Below are positions 1 through 12,580 of a stretch of DNA of 64,000 nucleotides, piece by piece. Made by a program: the position numbers and the translations under genes. Each line of letters starts with the position of its first letter. The stretch's first letter is position 1. The stretch covers positions 56,978,001 to 57,042,000 of the forward strand of contig CM060733.1 in assembly GCA_030704615.1 (NCBI GenBank). Reading direction: 5' to 3'. Under the pieces are notes generated by a model. That model was given only the letters and a program-made list of their open reading frames with translations. It did no database searches and had not been told where the DNA came from. The DNA comes from Takakia lepidozioides (taxonomy: Eukaryota; Plantae; Bryophyta).

Positions 1-229
1 TAAAGGTGATGTCCACTAGTTGATTTTCTGAAGAAGAATTTTCACCTAATATAATATTCTCTTAGTTAATGTAGCCTACTAGGCCCTGAAAAGACAGAAA
101 CAGATCAGTTTAAGAAATCTGCACTCCACTTATTCACTCCACAATCTTCAAATTTGACCTCCGAAAGAAAGATAAGCCAGTGCATCGCGGATGTAATTTG
201 GAGTAGAGAAATCAGCGATGAGTTTGCAT

Positions 230-1010
230 GAGGATGCCAAGACTAAGTAGTAATATCCCAGCTAGGTAGTGGCATGGTGAGTGTCGACAGCTGCAGGGAA
301 AAAACCAGTGCCCGATGTAGAATGTACTATGGTCCGGTGGAGCGAGCTTGAGATGTGTCAGTGTTGATGAGTGCGAACCATCGAGTTTCAAAGTGATCCA
401 AAAATAGCTTGTGTAACAGACGATTTGATTGTGTCGTGTGATGCGTAGACCATGGAGTATGGGGTGGAGACATTGGCCGTAAGGAGGTGTGGCCAAGTAT
501 CACTGTCTGGGAAGTTGGTGGTACATAGAGGGTAGAAAAGGGTGGAATAGAGATGGGTCCCAAAAACGTGTTTTGCGTTGGACCTTGCCCATGTATTGGG
601 CGTAGCGGAAGCGTATGGTTTGTGGGATTAGGGCGTCGGAGGTTATTTTGGAGGTCCAGAAATGGGTTGAAAGAGTGTGGTCTATGACGTTGGATTTTGT
701 CCATTTTTGGATGTGTTCTTTGATGTGTTTGCTTGTCGATGAGCTTCTTTTTGGAGGTAGGTGAGAAGGTTACGGATGGGGCGAGGTTCGATAAGACGGA
801 CTCAGAATAGGTGATTATTGAGCCATAACGGGTGTGTGGCGATATGTATGAGGTCGGTTGGACAGTCTGCAGGTAAGAGGCCTTTGGCTCTTTGTCGGGC
901 AAGTGCATCTGCTAGTGCTTCATTGCCTTGAATGCCCGTATGCGATCGTACTTGAAGAAAATGTATATGGCCTGGTAGTCCTGTGATTTTGAAATCCATG
1001 TATCTTTCTG
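230..1010 (-). mobile_element. Degenerate non-LTR retrotransposon (LINE) ORF2 3' part: RNase H followed by CCHC knuckle region and RHN motif
   Basis: Minus strand HFLQVRSHTGIQGNEALADALA is an RNase H C-terminal motif. Across frameshifts it continues FW...RFRYAQYMG...RK.RFW...DTWPHLL...HPILHGLRITRHNQIV...WFFPCSC, resembling the knuckle/RHN region that precedes restriction-like endonucleases. Confidence 0.7.
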
Positions 1011-1735
1011 TATTCACGTTTAATTTGCATTTAGTAAATAAAAAACTCGTAGCCTCCTACAAGGGCTTCACAATGAAACCTACCTGAGGCTAGTTGGTGC
1101 AGATGTTAGGGGGTTATGGTGATTTGCACGGCCGAAATCCTGAATCTCGAGCAGATCCGCGTCCTTTGGAAATACAGCTTGCCTGCTGCCCGCACGAGGG
1201 TTATGAATCCCGCCTTCTGCATGGTGATCTGCATTGAATGTAGGTTGGTAGGGGGCTAGCTGCTACCTTAAGGGCTGGCTGTTGGGGGTGACCCTAGTTT
1301 CCCATGGGATACACCTTGAGAAAGAAGGAGACATAGAAAATTAGAGGTCTGACAAGGAAAACCCATAGCTGAGGGGGTTTTCAGTAATGGATTCAGTCAC
1401 AAATTCATGTGATCTTCCCAACTTGATTCAAAACTTTGGGACTGTTCGGTTTTCCAGAAAGCACACCCAAGTTTTTCCCAAAACCAAAAAGTCCCATATC
1501 ACTACAAAGAAGGTATAATCAGACCCTGTCCAAAAACTCTGAAAATTTAAGAAAAGGTGGCCAACACCATGTGGCATGTCCTTGTGAAAATTTCACTCAA
1601 TTGGCCGGCCAGCCAGTTAAGAATTTCCATAAGATTGGTGAAAGTTTCCCCTACTCTGCGGAGGTTGCAAAAACGTTTCGTGCTCACGAAAACAGATTCA
1701 TATTTCTGCATCCACATGTCCTGAAAGATACTTAA

Positions 1736-4700
1736 CCCCTAAACGCCCACCAGACCCAAATTGGACCTCGACAGATTTTCCAAGAGCCAGAACTTTTTCA
1801 GATCTTGATGGAATTTGCTCCCCAAATTGCCATGGATTTGCTCGCCGTGTTTAGTTTGCAGATCGGGATCCTGATTTCCCTAATTTGTCTTTAGAAAAAA
1901 CCTGAAGCGTTTTTTCAGTAGAGGGGGGTCTGTGGCGGCTTTGGAAGTCGAAGGTTCCCGCGTTTTGGTTGTGGATCAGGTCTCGAGTTCCCGTGCATTT
2001 GCAGGTCGTCTGAGTTGTCTTGGAGCATTTTCTCTCCTGCTTGTGGCAACATACCGTTCTGTGTTTTTGCACGTTGCCGTTGAGTTCCAAGCTTCCTCTT
2101 CCTCCCGCCTTTCATTGCGAGCGATTTCATTTATCCTCCTGTCTCCCCTTCTAGCAACACCATTCTCTCTCGCATCTGCTTGCGACCTGATGGCTTCCGA
2201 TTTTGGTTCATTGTGACTTCGGCGCTGTCCAGTGTTTTGTGAGTTGCCAGCGTAATAGGGTACTTTAAGGTCCCTCCCCCTGCTCCTCATTTATCCACCG
2301 AGGCAGAGCTGGTCGCTAGTAGGTTGGGTGCTTCTCCCGAACAGATTGCCAAGCTGTTGGAAGCTTTGAATGAGGAGTACCTGGTGAGCTTGAAGCGCCA
2401 TGCACCGCGTGTTGTTTAGCGGCGATAGGCCGCAGAGATTCTAGGTTGGGTTGATCGCAAAGAAGAGGGGCATCATACTGGGATCTTTCCTCAAGTGAAG
2501 GAATTGTTGAGGGTACGAGTTTGGCCTAACTTTCAGAGTGAAGCCTCTAGCCAGTATGAGACTGAAGCATCTGGCAAGGTCACTGGGTAAGCAAAACAAA
2601 GTGGAGCTTGGGTGCGATGTCGCTGGGCATAGTCATTAAGGGATTAGAGAGTTGGGTGTCTTGGGTTGCACTGTCAAGGTGAAGGCAACCAACTTGACTT
2701 TACCAGACCTTGCAAGCTCATCTGTTAAAATTCAGTTCCGCTATGGTACTATCACTGAGGTTACTTGGGTTATGAGATTTACCTTGTATCCTTTTTTGGT
2801 GGTATTGGTGTGCACTCTGTCCCCTCGTGTCTGTGTGTGCTTTTAGATGAAGGTAGTAGTGTTTGCACTATGGAGGAAATGTTTGGCTTGCAATTTGTTC
2901 ATGTTGAGGAGAATGAAGCACATGATATTTTGTCTGAGTCGTCAGACTCAGACTCGGATTACAATCCTGTTGGAGAGATAAATTCTGACCCTGGTGATGT
3001 TGGTGATGCGAATCTATGGGACTACTGTGTGGACACGGAAAGCTACATATGAGGTGGGTGCTTATGATTTGCTAGAGAATTGGGAAGATTGGCCTGCAAA
3101 GCTTATATTTGCTGATGATATGTGGAATTGTCAGAGGAATTCAATGCCAGAGGTAATGTGGTCTGGTGGGGATTTTGGTCCGAACATTCTTGACTTGACT
3201 GATGATGCCCAGTCCGTTGATTTTTTTAAACTTTACTGGCTTTGGCACGTCAGCGGAAGATTTGTTTGATGACCAACCTGTATGCTCAGTCAGAAACTTC
3301 GAGAGTGGGAACCAAGGGAGGAAGGTGGTGGCCGCCGTATCCATTGAATGTCAATGAACTTAGAGCTTGGCTTGCATGGGGATCAAAAGCTTCCTAACAC
3401 TAGGCTGTATTGCAGAAAAGCTAACTCTGAGTTCCTCAAGTGTCATTCAACTATCTGTATCATGCGTCGGAATCGATGAGAGGCAATACTAACTTGGTGT
3501 CTTCACCTTGTTGACAGTGCTATTGTGGTAGTGGACACTGATATTACACCTGGGTATGATAAATTAGCAAAAACCAGATGGTTGATAGATGCTCAGAACG
3601 ATCTGTATGCCCAGTTCTAGAAAGCTGAGCAGAATTTGACAATGGACGAGTCGATGATGGTGAAGTACAAAGGAATACAGCAAACTGCAACAGTACATGC
3701 CTAAGAAGCCGGTGAAATGGGGGATAAAAATTTGGTGTCTCGCGAATGCTAACTCCCGATATGTGCACAAAATGGAGGTATACCTGGGGGAAGATGCCAA
3801 TGTTGATCTCACCCATGGCATGGGGTATTCCGTAGTTAGTCGTTTGCTTGATGGTTTTCAGAGCAAGCTGGGTCATATTGTCACTATGGGCAATTATTTA
3901 GCCCAATGCTTTTCTATGATTTGGCTGCAAAGGGGATTTATGCTACTGGTACTGTGGAATCCCAGCGTGTGGGATTTTTTAGTTGTTTGGATTTGGGGCA
4001 AAAGGAGAAAGGGGCAGGTTGCAGTGCAGGCGAATGCACATTTCCGGTAAGTTGTGTGCCTTGTCATGGTTTGATGCGAAATGTGTGAATCTCTTGAGTA
4101 CTGATGTGAGCCTAGAGGCTGCCGGTACCTTCATAGGTCGATGGCACAAAGGTGCTCGACGCATGGTCCCTACCTCTCCGGTTGTGTTGCATTACCAACA
4201 ATACATGCGGGGGGTTGACGTCCAAGTTGAGTAGCTAAGGGGCTACTATACTGTACAGACCCGTGACCATAAATGGTGGCACAGGCTGTATTTCCATGCA
4301 GTGGACACTTCTCTGGTCAATGCCTACATCCTGTATCTTGCATTCATGAAAAGCCGGGGGAAGACACCAAGGTCACACCTTATGTCCAATTTGGATGTGG
4401 CTGCTCTAACCGCGGGGTGGGTTGGTCCCAGGAGAACTGTTGTGCCAGGTTGTGGTATCCCAAATCCTGCATCCATCCACTTCTCTATGAAGAGTTCCCG
4501 TCAAAGGAAATGTGTGGTTTGCGGTGCTCGATAGAGGTATTTTTGTGCTACATGTGGAGATGTGTCATGCTGCTTGGGCCGGTGTTTTGTGAAACGTCAC
4601 AATGGGTTCTGATTCATGTGAGTGCTTGGTGGAATTGATACATGTAGTTTCAATTTGCAGAGATGAGGTGATGGGTAAGCTAGAGAGAGTGTCCAGCTCT

Positions 4701-5724
4701 CTGCAATTGTCCTTCTATGTGGTTTGTCTTTGTCTTTGTTTGCATACACTGATATGCTTGGGAGTTGGTGGGTATATGTTGGCGTTATCCCTGAAGACGT
4801 TCTACTAGGTGATAGAGCTTAGCTAGTTCCCATTGTATTTCATAGAGTGGCTTAGGCTTGGCTAGAGTGTGTCGTTTGCCTATCACTGGTTTGGCTCCGG
4901 GTTGCAACTCAATTGAGGTGTTACATGTGTTGGTGCAGCAAATTTGCGGCAATCACGGGCAATGGCTGGTGGTACTTTGTGGCTGGTGTAGTGTAATTTT
5001 CTGCAGTTCATGGTAGCATGTGGCCGGTGTAGCAGAATTATGTAAGGCTGTACTGTTGCAACCTTGATCGACCCTGCCATCATTTTGAAGTAGAGTAGAT
5101 AATGGTAGTTCCTCATTGTGGTCATTGTAACGTAGAAGTAATGTCTGTAGTAGTAGTTAGTCCCCTTCCAAGCTGGGGTGCACACAAGGGGGGTGGTCTT
5201 AGCCCCCTTGTGTTTATGCATGGGCTGCCAATTGGGGCAAACTAGTGGGTTCGAATCCCACTCATGCAATGGCAGTGTTGGGTAGGTTCTAGTGGATTCC
5301 TCATGCTGCTGTAACTCGTTTCGACCAAGCTCCAAGCTGAAGAAGGACATGCAGACTTGTTTTGAGTCTTGACCAACTGTCAGGATCAGTACACTTGGCC
5401 AATTTCTTACTTTTTGGTTTGTTGGATGTAAAATGTGGTGGGGATGACTAGTGATTCCATCCCGTCATCCAAAATTCAGGAAAACCACATCCAATTTCAT
5501 TTTTTATTTTTTGGGCCCAAAATGGGCCCCACATGCAACCGTTGGCAATTTCCCGATTTCCATCCGATTGCCCTGCAATTTGGCAGGTCTATGCAGGGAG
5601 TATGTAGGAAGATATTGTCCGATCAAAATTTTAAACTCCTCCATTTCCGGAAATTACAATAATTTTTTACCCTAGGGATGCAGCTTTTGGGAAAAGTCAA
5701 ACCTACCCATTGGGCGTTTAGGGG
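1736..5724 (+). mobile_element. piggyBac-like DNA transposon, degenerate, both ends present
   Basis: 14-bp perfect TIRs CCCCTAAACGCCCA (1736-1749) and TGGGCGTTTAGGGG (5711-5724). TTAA lies immediately left (1732-1735) and T-TTAA right (5725-5729). Internal piggyBac transposase remnants. Confidence 0.9.
2869..4600 (+). pseudogene. piggyBac (DDE_Tnp_1_7-like) transposase pseudogene
   Basis: Acidic N-terminus, then FFKLYW, LTMDESMMVKYKG (~3636-3673), QYMPKKPVKWGIKIWCLA, HIVTMGNY (second catalytic D replaced by G), YQQYMRGVD (~4217), KWWHRLYFHAVDTSLVNAYILY and a Cys-rich tail RKCVVC..FCATC..CCLGRCF. Several frameshifts and stops. Confidence 0.9.
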
Positions 5725-5959
5725 TTTAACAACATGATTAACCAGTCAACGTTTGTAGATCTAAGCAAAGTCTTAGTTATTACCAAATAAATAAAATGAT
5801 AGGGTGGCATGAGGTTCAGATTATTTAGTTATAAATAAAAAAGTTGCATGAGGTTGAGATTTTGTAGATTTTTGTGAAAAAAATTGTAGACGTTTTAGGG
5901 ATTAAGTAACCCCATGTAGCTGTCATTTTTTATAGTTGGGTCATAATTGGTGATATCCA

Positions 5960-6035
5960 ATATACACTTATGTGGCTCTGAACCCATGATCACTTGTAAG
6001 GCTGCCTTCAAGTGCCCTAGAACCACTAGGCCATC
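5960..6035 (-). repeat. tRNA-derived SINE-like head (degenerate)
   Basis: Minus strand has an A-box-like TGGCCTAGTGG and a B-box-like GGTTCAGAGCC about 40 nt apart. No complete cloverleaf. Confidence 0.35.
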
Positions 6036-7569
6036 TGTTGGCCGATACTGTTGTATGCCAGTATATAACAATCTGAAGATATCTAAAAGGACTTCACATG
6101 TCTATATAGTCAATTGATGTTGGGTCGGCGTTGAATGTTCTAAACTATGGCCAAGCTGATTAATGTGAAGGAAAACCTGGGTGGCTGATGTTGGTATGCT
6201 CATATCCAATGTAAATTCAGAGCAGACCTCTTAATGTAAACTTTCATCGTTGAGAGACATCTTTGCAAGTACTTGTGGAAATGAATTGGACTCTGGAGCG
6301 AAGATATACTATATATTCGGATTTTTTCAAGGCGTGGTTTCCTTTAACTCAGGGGTCGTAGATGAAACAATATATAAGGAGGGGGCAATCCACTTTGACT
6401 CCTGAGAACAACTTCCAATTGGAGATATTGAACTAGACTTAGTGAGATTTTGTGTGAGTTTTGTATGGCCAAGGAGAGTGATTCAGAGTCATTTATTTTT
6501 CTAATTGATGGGTGTCACTATTCTTTATATTCTACGAGCCACACCATTATTGAGTTTCGAGAGAAGCTCAGGAGTATGATGGGAAGGTTGTCTATTTCGG
6601 TGGGCCTAAAATTCTGAAAGAAAATAGAACTCTAAACATTGGGGAAGATGTGTTTATTGTACAGCTGTCATGAGGGTGATTTATTCGCAGTCACCCATTT
6701 TCGTCTGTTTAGAGTCACACAATGCATGTTGGTCTATCAGTTTGACTCAGGAGAGGAAGGTTCTACGATCTAACAATTGAGAAAGAACTGTGATAGGCAC
6801 CCGTGTGCTGCAGAGTAGCCATTTCCATGGTTGAACAGAGTTTTCTGAACACCATGTGTTCTTGTTCATCTTTCAGCAGGATGCAGGGCTTTTCGTGGCA
6901 GATATTTCATCCAGATGTCTTTGTGATTCAAGAGCTAACTTAAAGTGGAACAGGTTGGTGCAAAGCATTGGACCCAAGCCGGTTGCAAAGTTAGGATGCA
7001 GAAAAGTAACTGATTGTTAAGATTAATCCTGCAAGCCACACCATCCAAGTGCACAGCCAACAATGAGAGTTACGGACCATCCTCAGCTGGGCAACTCTTT
7101 CAGCTGGGCTTGCAATTGGAAGAACTTTGAACAAGAAACCTGAGGCGACAGGGTGTTTTTCACTTTAAAAGTGACTGCTTGTACTACACCACTAGCAGTA
7201 CATGGCACCGATAGAGGCATGAACTGAGATCGGTGCAAATGACAGTTTCATCTAAAGCTGTTCTTTTGGGTTCAGTGAAGTGCCCGCTCATGCAACCGGG
7301 GTCATCTGAGGGGTTTTTGCTATGCTATATCTTTGTCCCATTGGAGCTGTGAAGTTTCTCTCCGCTCTCTTGCTGAAAATGTGGCTATCTGGTTTAATGG
7401 TAAGTCACTTAATTTGAAACTATCATGAATTGATGCTTGAAATCATGCAATTAAAGGCACTCAAAAAAAAATATAGACGCCTCCCCCAATGGAGCGGAAA
7501 TTATGGTGTCTCTTCACCACAAGGGCGAAGAATGAATAATGACTGTTCATCATTATTCATTATTCATGG

Positions 7570-8400
7570 CGAAGAATCGTGTCAAACTAATATATTAATG
7601 TGAAAATATAGAATCAGCTTATATGTACATGAGTCTAAATATCATAATCATTCAATCATATTTGAGTCCTCCAAAGGTTCCATTCGGGAAAACGAAACCT
7701 GGGAGAAAACCAACGTGACAATCTTTCCTGCATCCAGAATTACAACAAGGTCGTAGAATGTCACTAACTGCACTACAATTGGGAGCATCCACCAACTACA
7801 AACCAAAGATTTACAGATACAGTAAAATCTTCACAATCTACACAACAGTACATCAATTGGACATGTAGCTCACCTCAGTCATGCAGGAACACCGTGAGGA
7901 TATTTCTCTAGCCCGTGTATCAGGAAAATATGTCACATGTGAAAATGCAGACTAGGCTCCGGCAAGACACAATTTTGGACCAAAAAGGGAAGGTCACATC
8001 TACCAAAACCAAATTCCCAGAGTTTCTTCCAATCGACACGCACTGGACATCTAGCTCACTTCTGTCTCTTTCAACTTGCACACATTAACGGACATCCAGC
8101 TCACCATATTGATATTCAATAAGTTGAACTGATCACGTAGCCCCAGCGTTGCAGCCAGGGAGACCGGTATATACACCAACGATTCCGGAGATATGGCCAT
8201 AGCCATGACTTGATGATATATTAGGGAGGATGGGGAGTTTAAAATTACTTACGGAAGACTGTATGATAGAGAAGAGGAGAGGAGGATCTCGACTAGCAGG
8301 ATCGAGCAAGCAGGCAGAGGGAGAGCAGGCTGAAATGCACATACAGATCCAGGGACAAAAATGAGGGATCGATGAGCAAAAGAAGTAAGGTGCCCAGGAG
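7570..8400. repeat. Long inverted duplication, partner at ~29200-30595
   Basis: 7570-8180 is a near-identical reverse complement of ~29985-30595 (e.g. GTGAGGATATTTCTCTAGCCCGTGTATCAGG). Patchier similarity extends to ~8400 / ~29200. Confidence 0.9.
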
Positions 8401-8734
8401 TTACAGTACCGATGCTTATGTATGCCATATCCAGGAAGGTGGATTGGCAGCCTGAGGGCGCTGAACAATCTTCATCGGGCATCCTCGAGGATTACAGTTT
8501 GAAAGGACCAGCACTTCCACGGAAAGTGATAGTTGTTTTAGAGAGAGCTGTGCCATGCTGTCTTCTTTGTTTCCCACAAAGGGGGGTTTGGTCAGATCAC
8601 CATATAGTGAAACTGGACATATGCCCTCTTTCTCCAGGTGCTGATACCCGTCCACTTTGGTGAATTAAATTCTCCACTGTGCATGAACAGATTTGCTCAT
8701 GCTCATATTTCTCCACTTAGAGAATGTGGCACAG

Positions 8735-8880
8735 CGGGTGGTAGCTCAGCTGGTACGTGCACAGTGTGTCGCCCTGGTGGTTCGGGATTCGAACCCGTTG
8801 CCCAGTCCTGTGTGTGATTGTTGTGTCGCCCTGGTGGTTTGGGGTTCAAACCCGCTGCCCAGTCCTGTGTGTGGATTGTT
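8735..8880 (+). mobile_element. tRNA-derived SINE-like element with duplicated B-box module
   Basis: A-box TAGCTCAGCTGG (8742-8753), followed by two ~57-bp units TGTGTCGCCCTGGTGG..GG(A/G)TTC(G/A)AACCCG..CCCAGTCCTGTGTGTG, each with a B-box. Confidence 0.6.
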
Positions 8881-10902
8881 CGTGACCAGTCTGGGGGTGA
8901 CGTTTCCCTCCTGTGTGCCCGCACCTGTGATGTAACATGAGACACAAACACCTACAAACTTAGCTGCACACATATGCCACGTTGTACATACTTTAACTTG
9001 CATGCATCCACCAATGCACACATCTTAAAAGACCTACTTGCTACACACACACCCTTCCATCCCTAGAAAAACATGCCCCTATCTCACACCCTTGACAACT
9101 TCCATCAATGTGTACCTGCTCAATTCTGTAGAAGGGTGCCAAATGGGTGTCAAAAAACTCCTTCTCACTTCCAGGGCTTAGAAAAAGTTGCGAAAAGGAT
9201 TTCCCTCAATTGATCAGAAAAAATGCGGGAGGATATGCGAAATGTGTGCCGTGCATGCGTCTGCCTCTCATTATTCTCTTTGTCTGTTCCTGACTCAAGA
9301 CCTTCGTCGGCATCTACTGACCTAATAGCTCATCAGCAGATTATACCAGTCTGAAGCCTTGATTTTCATCACATGACTATTAGCTGCCCTTGCATTCTCT
9401 CGACTCATTTATCTCTGTTACCAAATCTTCCCTCGACTCTCACACCATTCATACGCCGATAAGAAAGTAACTAGAAACCAAGCAAGCCATTCCACTTCAA
9501 TCGACTCATTGAAACTGCAGGGACACTCGAGAACTCCAGCGAGTTGCAATTTCTGAAATCAAGTGACCACGTTCATGCCACTATTCTTGATTGCAACGCT
9601 CACCTCACGAGATTGAATGTGCACGACAAATAGGTATTGTTCATGTAGTTTCATTTCTTGTGTGTATGAAGAGAAAAGTAAGATGCCATTGAAAGAGTTG
9701 GAGATGGTCGTAATGCAAGCGTTCAATACGCTAACTTCTGACTTCACTTTGAAGATAATGATGTAAATGAACCTAGTCCTGAACTGAGGCAAAGTCATCT
9801 TGCTGGCTGTACAGTGTAGACAATAACTGTGAACCTAAGTACTGGTTGTGCATATGCTCTAGCCCAAATGAGCTACTTGGAAGCTACTCATAAGCATGTG
9901 TGTTTCTTCTGTCATTGTGTCTCTTTTCCCTACCCTCCTGTTGTGGCTGTTTTAAATGTCAAGCATCCTGTAAATTTACAATAAGAGGGAGGTGGATATA
10001 GGTTCCATACAGATAAGCTTCCATGCAGATGTCAGTTTTAAGGGGTTGGCATACTTCTTTTGTCACAGGTTGGTCAGATGATGGTATTTACTGGTCTGTT
10101 ATTGCAAAGTTGTTACATGCTCCTGCCCCATGACAGTTCTCCCAGGCAGACCTTTATGTGGCAAGCAGAGGAATTTTGACGTTATCACTTCAGTACTGAT
10201 GTAGCATCTTGTTTGGATAGCTAGACTCTGTAGTTCCATGTCCTGTGGGATTACCAGAAGGCCCTGAGAGCATTTTTCATGCTTACCTGATTTCATCTCA
10301 ATAATAGGTTCTATTGGGATAAGTTGTTGTTACATTCAAAGTGTATGTGTAAGCAAATTGAAGCTGATACTATTGGCTGTGGCTCTGTGAATGTCTGTGG
10401 GCATGACCTGTCTAAACGCATCAGCTATCCTTAACATGTAATGTCTCATTTAACCGTATGCTTTGTTTTAATTTTGCTGCACACTAGAGCGGCAGAGGAG
10501 TTAAATCTGGAACAGTGGGGCTATGGTTCCACACTCCTGGCTGCAGTATTCACCTTTATTCTTAGGGATGGCTTTGAATTGTGGAAGTACCTTGAGATGC
10601 TGCATGTGAGAAATAAATCTCTTTGTTGCCATGAGGCCTAGCTTTACTTGTTGTGAAGCAGCCACATCAGTTAGTCAACATGGTACAATTTTTAGCACTC
10701 AGAGAGAGAGAGAGAGAGTTTGCAAGAGTGCTTATGCCTCAATGAGTGAAATGTTTTACTTCATGGTTTTTCTTAAAGCAACGGGTTCACTGATGTTTAG
10801 AGTTGGTAACCGAGATAGAACGGAAGAAGGTAATCTCATTTGCAAGTCAGATCTGCTTGTAGGAAAGGATACTGATATGGACGGTGGATGTTTTCGTTAC
10901 AG

Positions 10903-11741
10903 ATTTTTGACCAAGTTGCTCACACAAGATCTTCCTCTACTATTCGTTCGCCCGAACAAGACAGTGGTCAATTTTTTGAAAGGGAAAGTTGTAGGTCCTG
11001 TCTACAAGGATTTCAAAGACGGGTTGATTTTAAGAGGATTTGCTGGAGAGCTCTCAATAACTCTCATAGAGGCACGCAAACTACCATATTTTCCCATTGG
11101 TAACTACTTTTTACCTTGGCTTTTGTGGCATTTCATTCAGACAAGGCACCATGTCTGTGTCTCTCTCTCGAGTCTACTGTACTGCTCAACGCACATCCCA
11201 TCAACCGATGGACACTCTCAGAGTTCAGACAATATGTTTGAGACACAAGTAAGAGTTTACTGTGCAGCAATCTAAGAGCATATTCAAGCTCTAAGCAGAA
11301 GCTTTGTTGCAGAGTAGGTTAGCTAGCCCCACTCCATTCACTACATAGGAAGAGATTACCATGGAACAACCATCTCTAGTTTTCAGTATACGCATTTCAA
11401 TCACACAACTTTCTAGAATGTGATGCAGACATAGAGCAATAGTTTCACCAATCTTGGGAAAACTTAAAACTACTTGCTATTGCCTTCCCTCGAGCAGTTC
11501 TTGCTCCTGAAAGCTCCACAGATTGTGGTGACTGGTTGGCATTCTTGTAGATAAGTTTTGGAGATGCATGAAATTTGGTGATTTTGTGAGATACAAGGAG
11601 TTGGTTGATGTGGATTTCTGGAGTGTGCAGGCAAGACAGATCCCTATGTGGTGTTATTCTTGGGTGAGCAAGTTCTTCACAGTAAGAAGAACAGTAAAAT
11701 GTCCATAATCGGTCCCCCAAGTTCTCCAGTCTGGAGTCAAG
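10903..11741 (+). pseudogene. Two exons of an SMP/C2-domain (NTMC2T5/tricalbin-like) gene; flanking exons not found
   Basis: Exon 10903-11099 reads FLTKLLTQDLPLLFVRPNKTVVNFLKGKVVGPV..FAGELSITLIEARKLPY. A phase-1 GT-AG intron follows. Exon 11631-11741 reads GKTDPYVVLFLGEQVLHSKKNSKMSIIGPPSSPVWSQ (C2 domain start). Confidence 0.8.
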
Positions 11742-11985
11742 GTGAGTTGTGACTGCCTGTACTTATCTTTTACGTAGCACATTAGCTGCCCTGTAGCATA
11801 TCTTTTGCCTCCCTATCTCTCTCTCTCTAACTCTTTATATTGCCACAGAGAGAGAGAGGGAGAGAGAAATGAAATGAAATGAAATGGTGCTTTATAACGT
11901 CCGCGGAAAGCTCAGGAGGGAGGGATGATTTAGGAGTCTGGCATGCAAGCCTCCCAAAAACTGAATTTTTTTTATTGATGGGCAG

Positions 11986-12580
11986 GTACTGGGAGGCAAT
12001 TGGCGGAATGTGATGCCCATCAATGTGATGCGGCCAGGAGCACTGGCAAGTGCATCCATTCCAGGTCGGTGAAGACTACCATAGCCCCCTATGAAGTTTG
12101 CCACATTGGTGGTCTGACATATGGTTCAGTGATGGTTTCGACAGCTAGAGGGACCAAGTATGCAAATGAGAAGGAAGCAAATTGATAAAGGACCTATACA
12201 AGCTATTTGGCTGTCACCATTGTGGCAATCGCCGCGGAGAAAGGTGCGATCTGTCACACGTTGCCTCTCCTTCCTATGCGATGGAGGTGTAGGTTTCGAG
12301 GTTGGGGTGGTAGGGGCAAGTTTATTTAATCAGATTACAGGTCCACTGATCCTGGTTGATTGATTTGCATGCCAGTATTGCAGATCACATTCCCCCGAAC
12401 ATAATCATAGCCAGGCAGGCAAATTTAAGAAATGTCACTGGGCTGCTGGGCCATGTGGGACGCCTGCTCATCAGAAAAGAAGCAGGCATGCAACGACTCT
12501 TTCCCCAGTGCGTTTCCTGTATGAAGCGCCAGAGTGCTGCACTTCGCCATGGCAAGCATGCTTTGGTGTTCCACTTCTGA
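11986..12580 (+). pseudogene. Three-exon fragment encoding an HNH/treble-clef-like domain (CHHC..DHIPP..QRLFPQCxxC)
   Basis: Phase-consistent GT-AG exons 11986-12064, 12145-12243 and 12376-12580 give VLGGNWRNVMPINVMRPGALASASIPARGTKYANEKE/(frameshift)LIKDLYKLFGCHHCGNRRGESIADHIPPN...QRLFPQCVSCMKRQS. Confidence 0.7.

Noticed and set aside
8735-8810. Functional tRNA gene
   Set aside because: A and B boxes are present, but there is no convincing acceptor or anticodon stem and the B-box module is duplicated.
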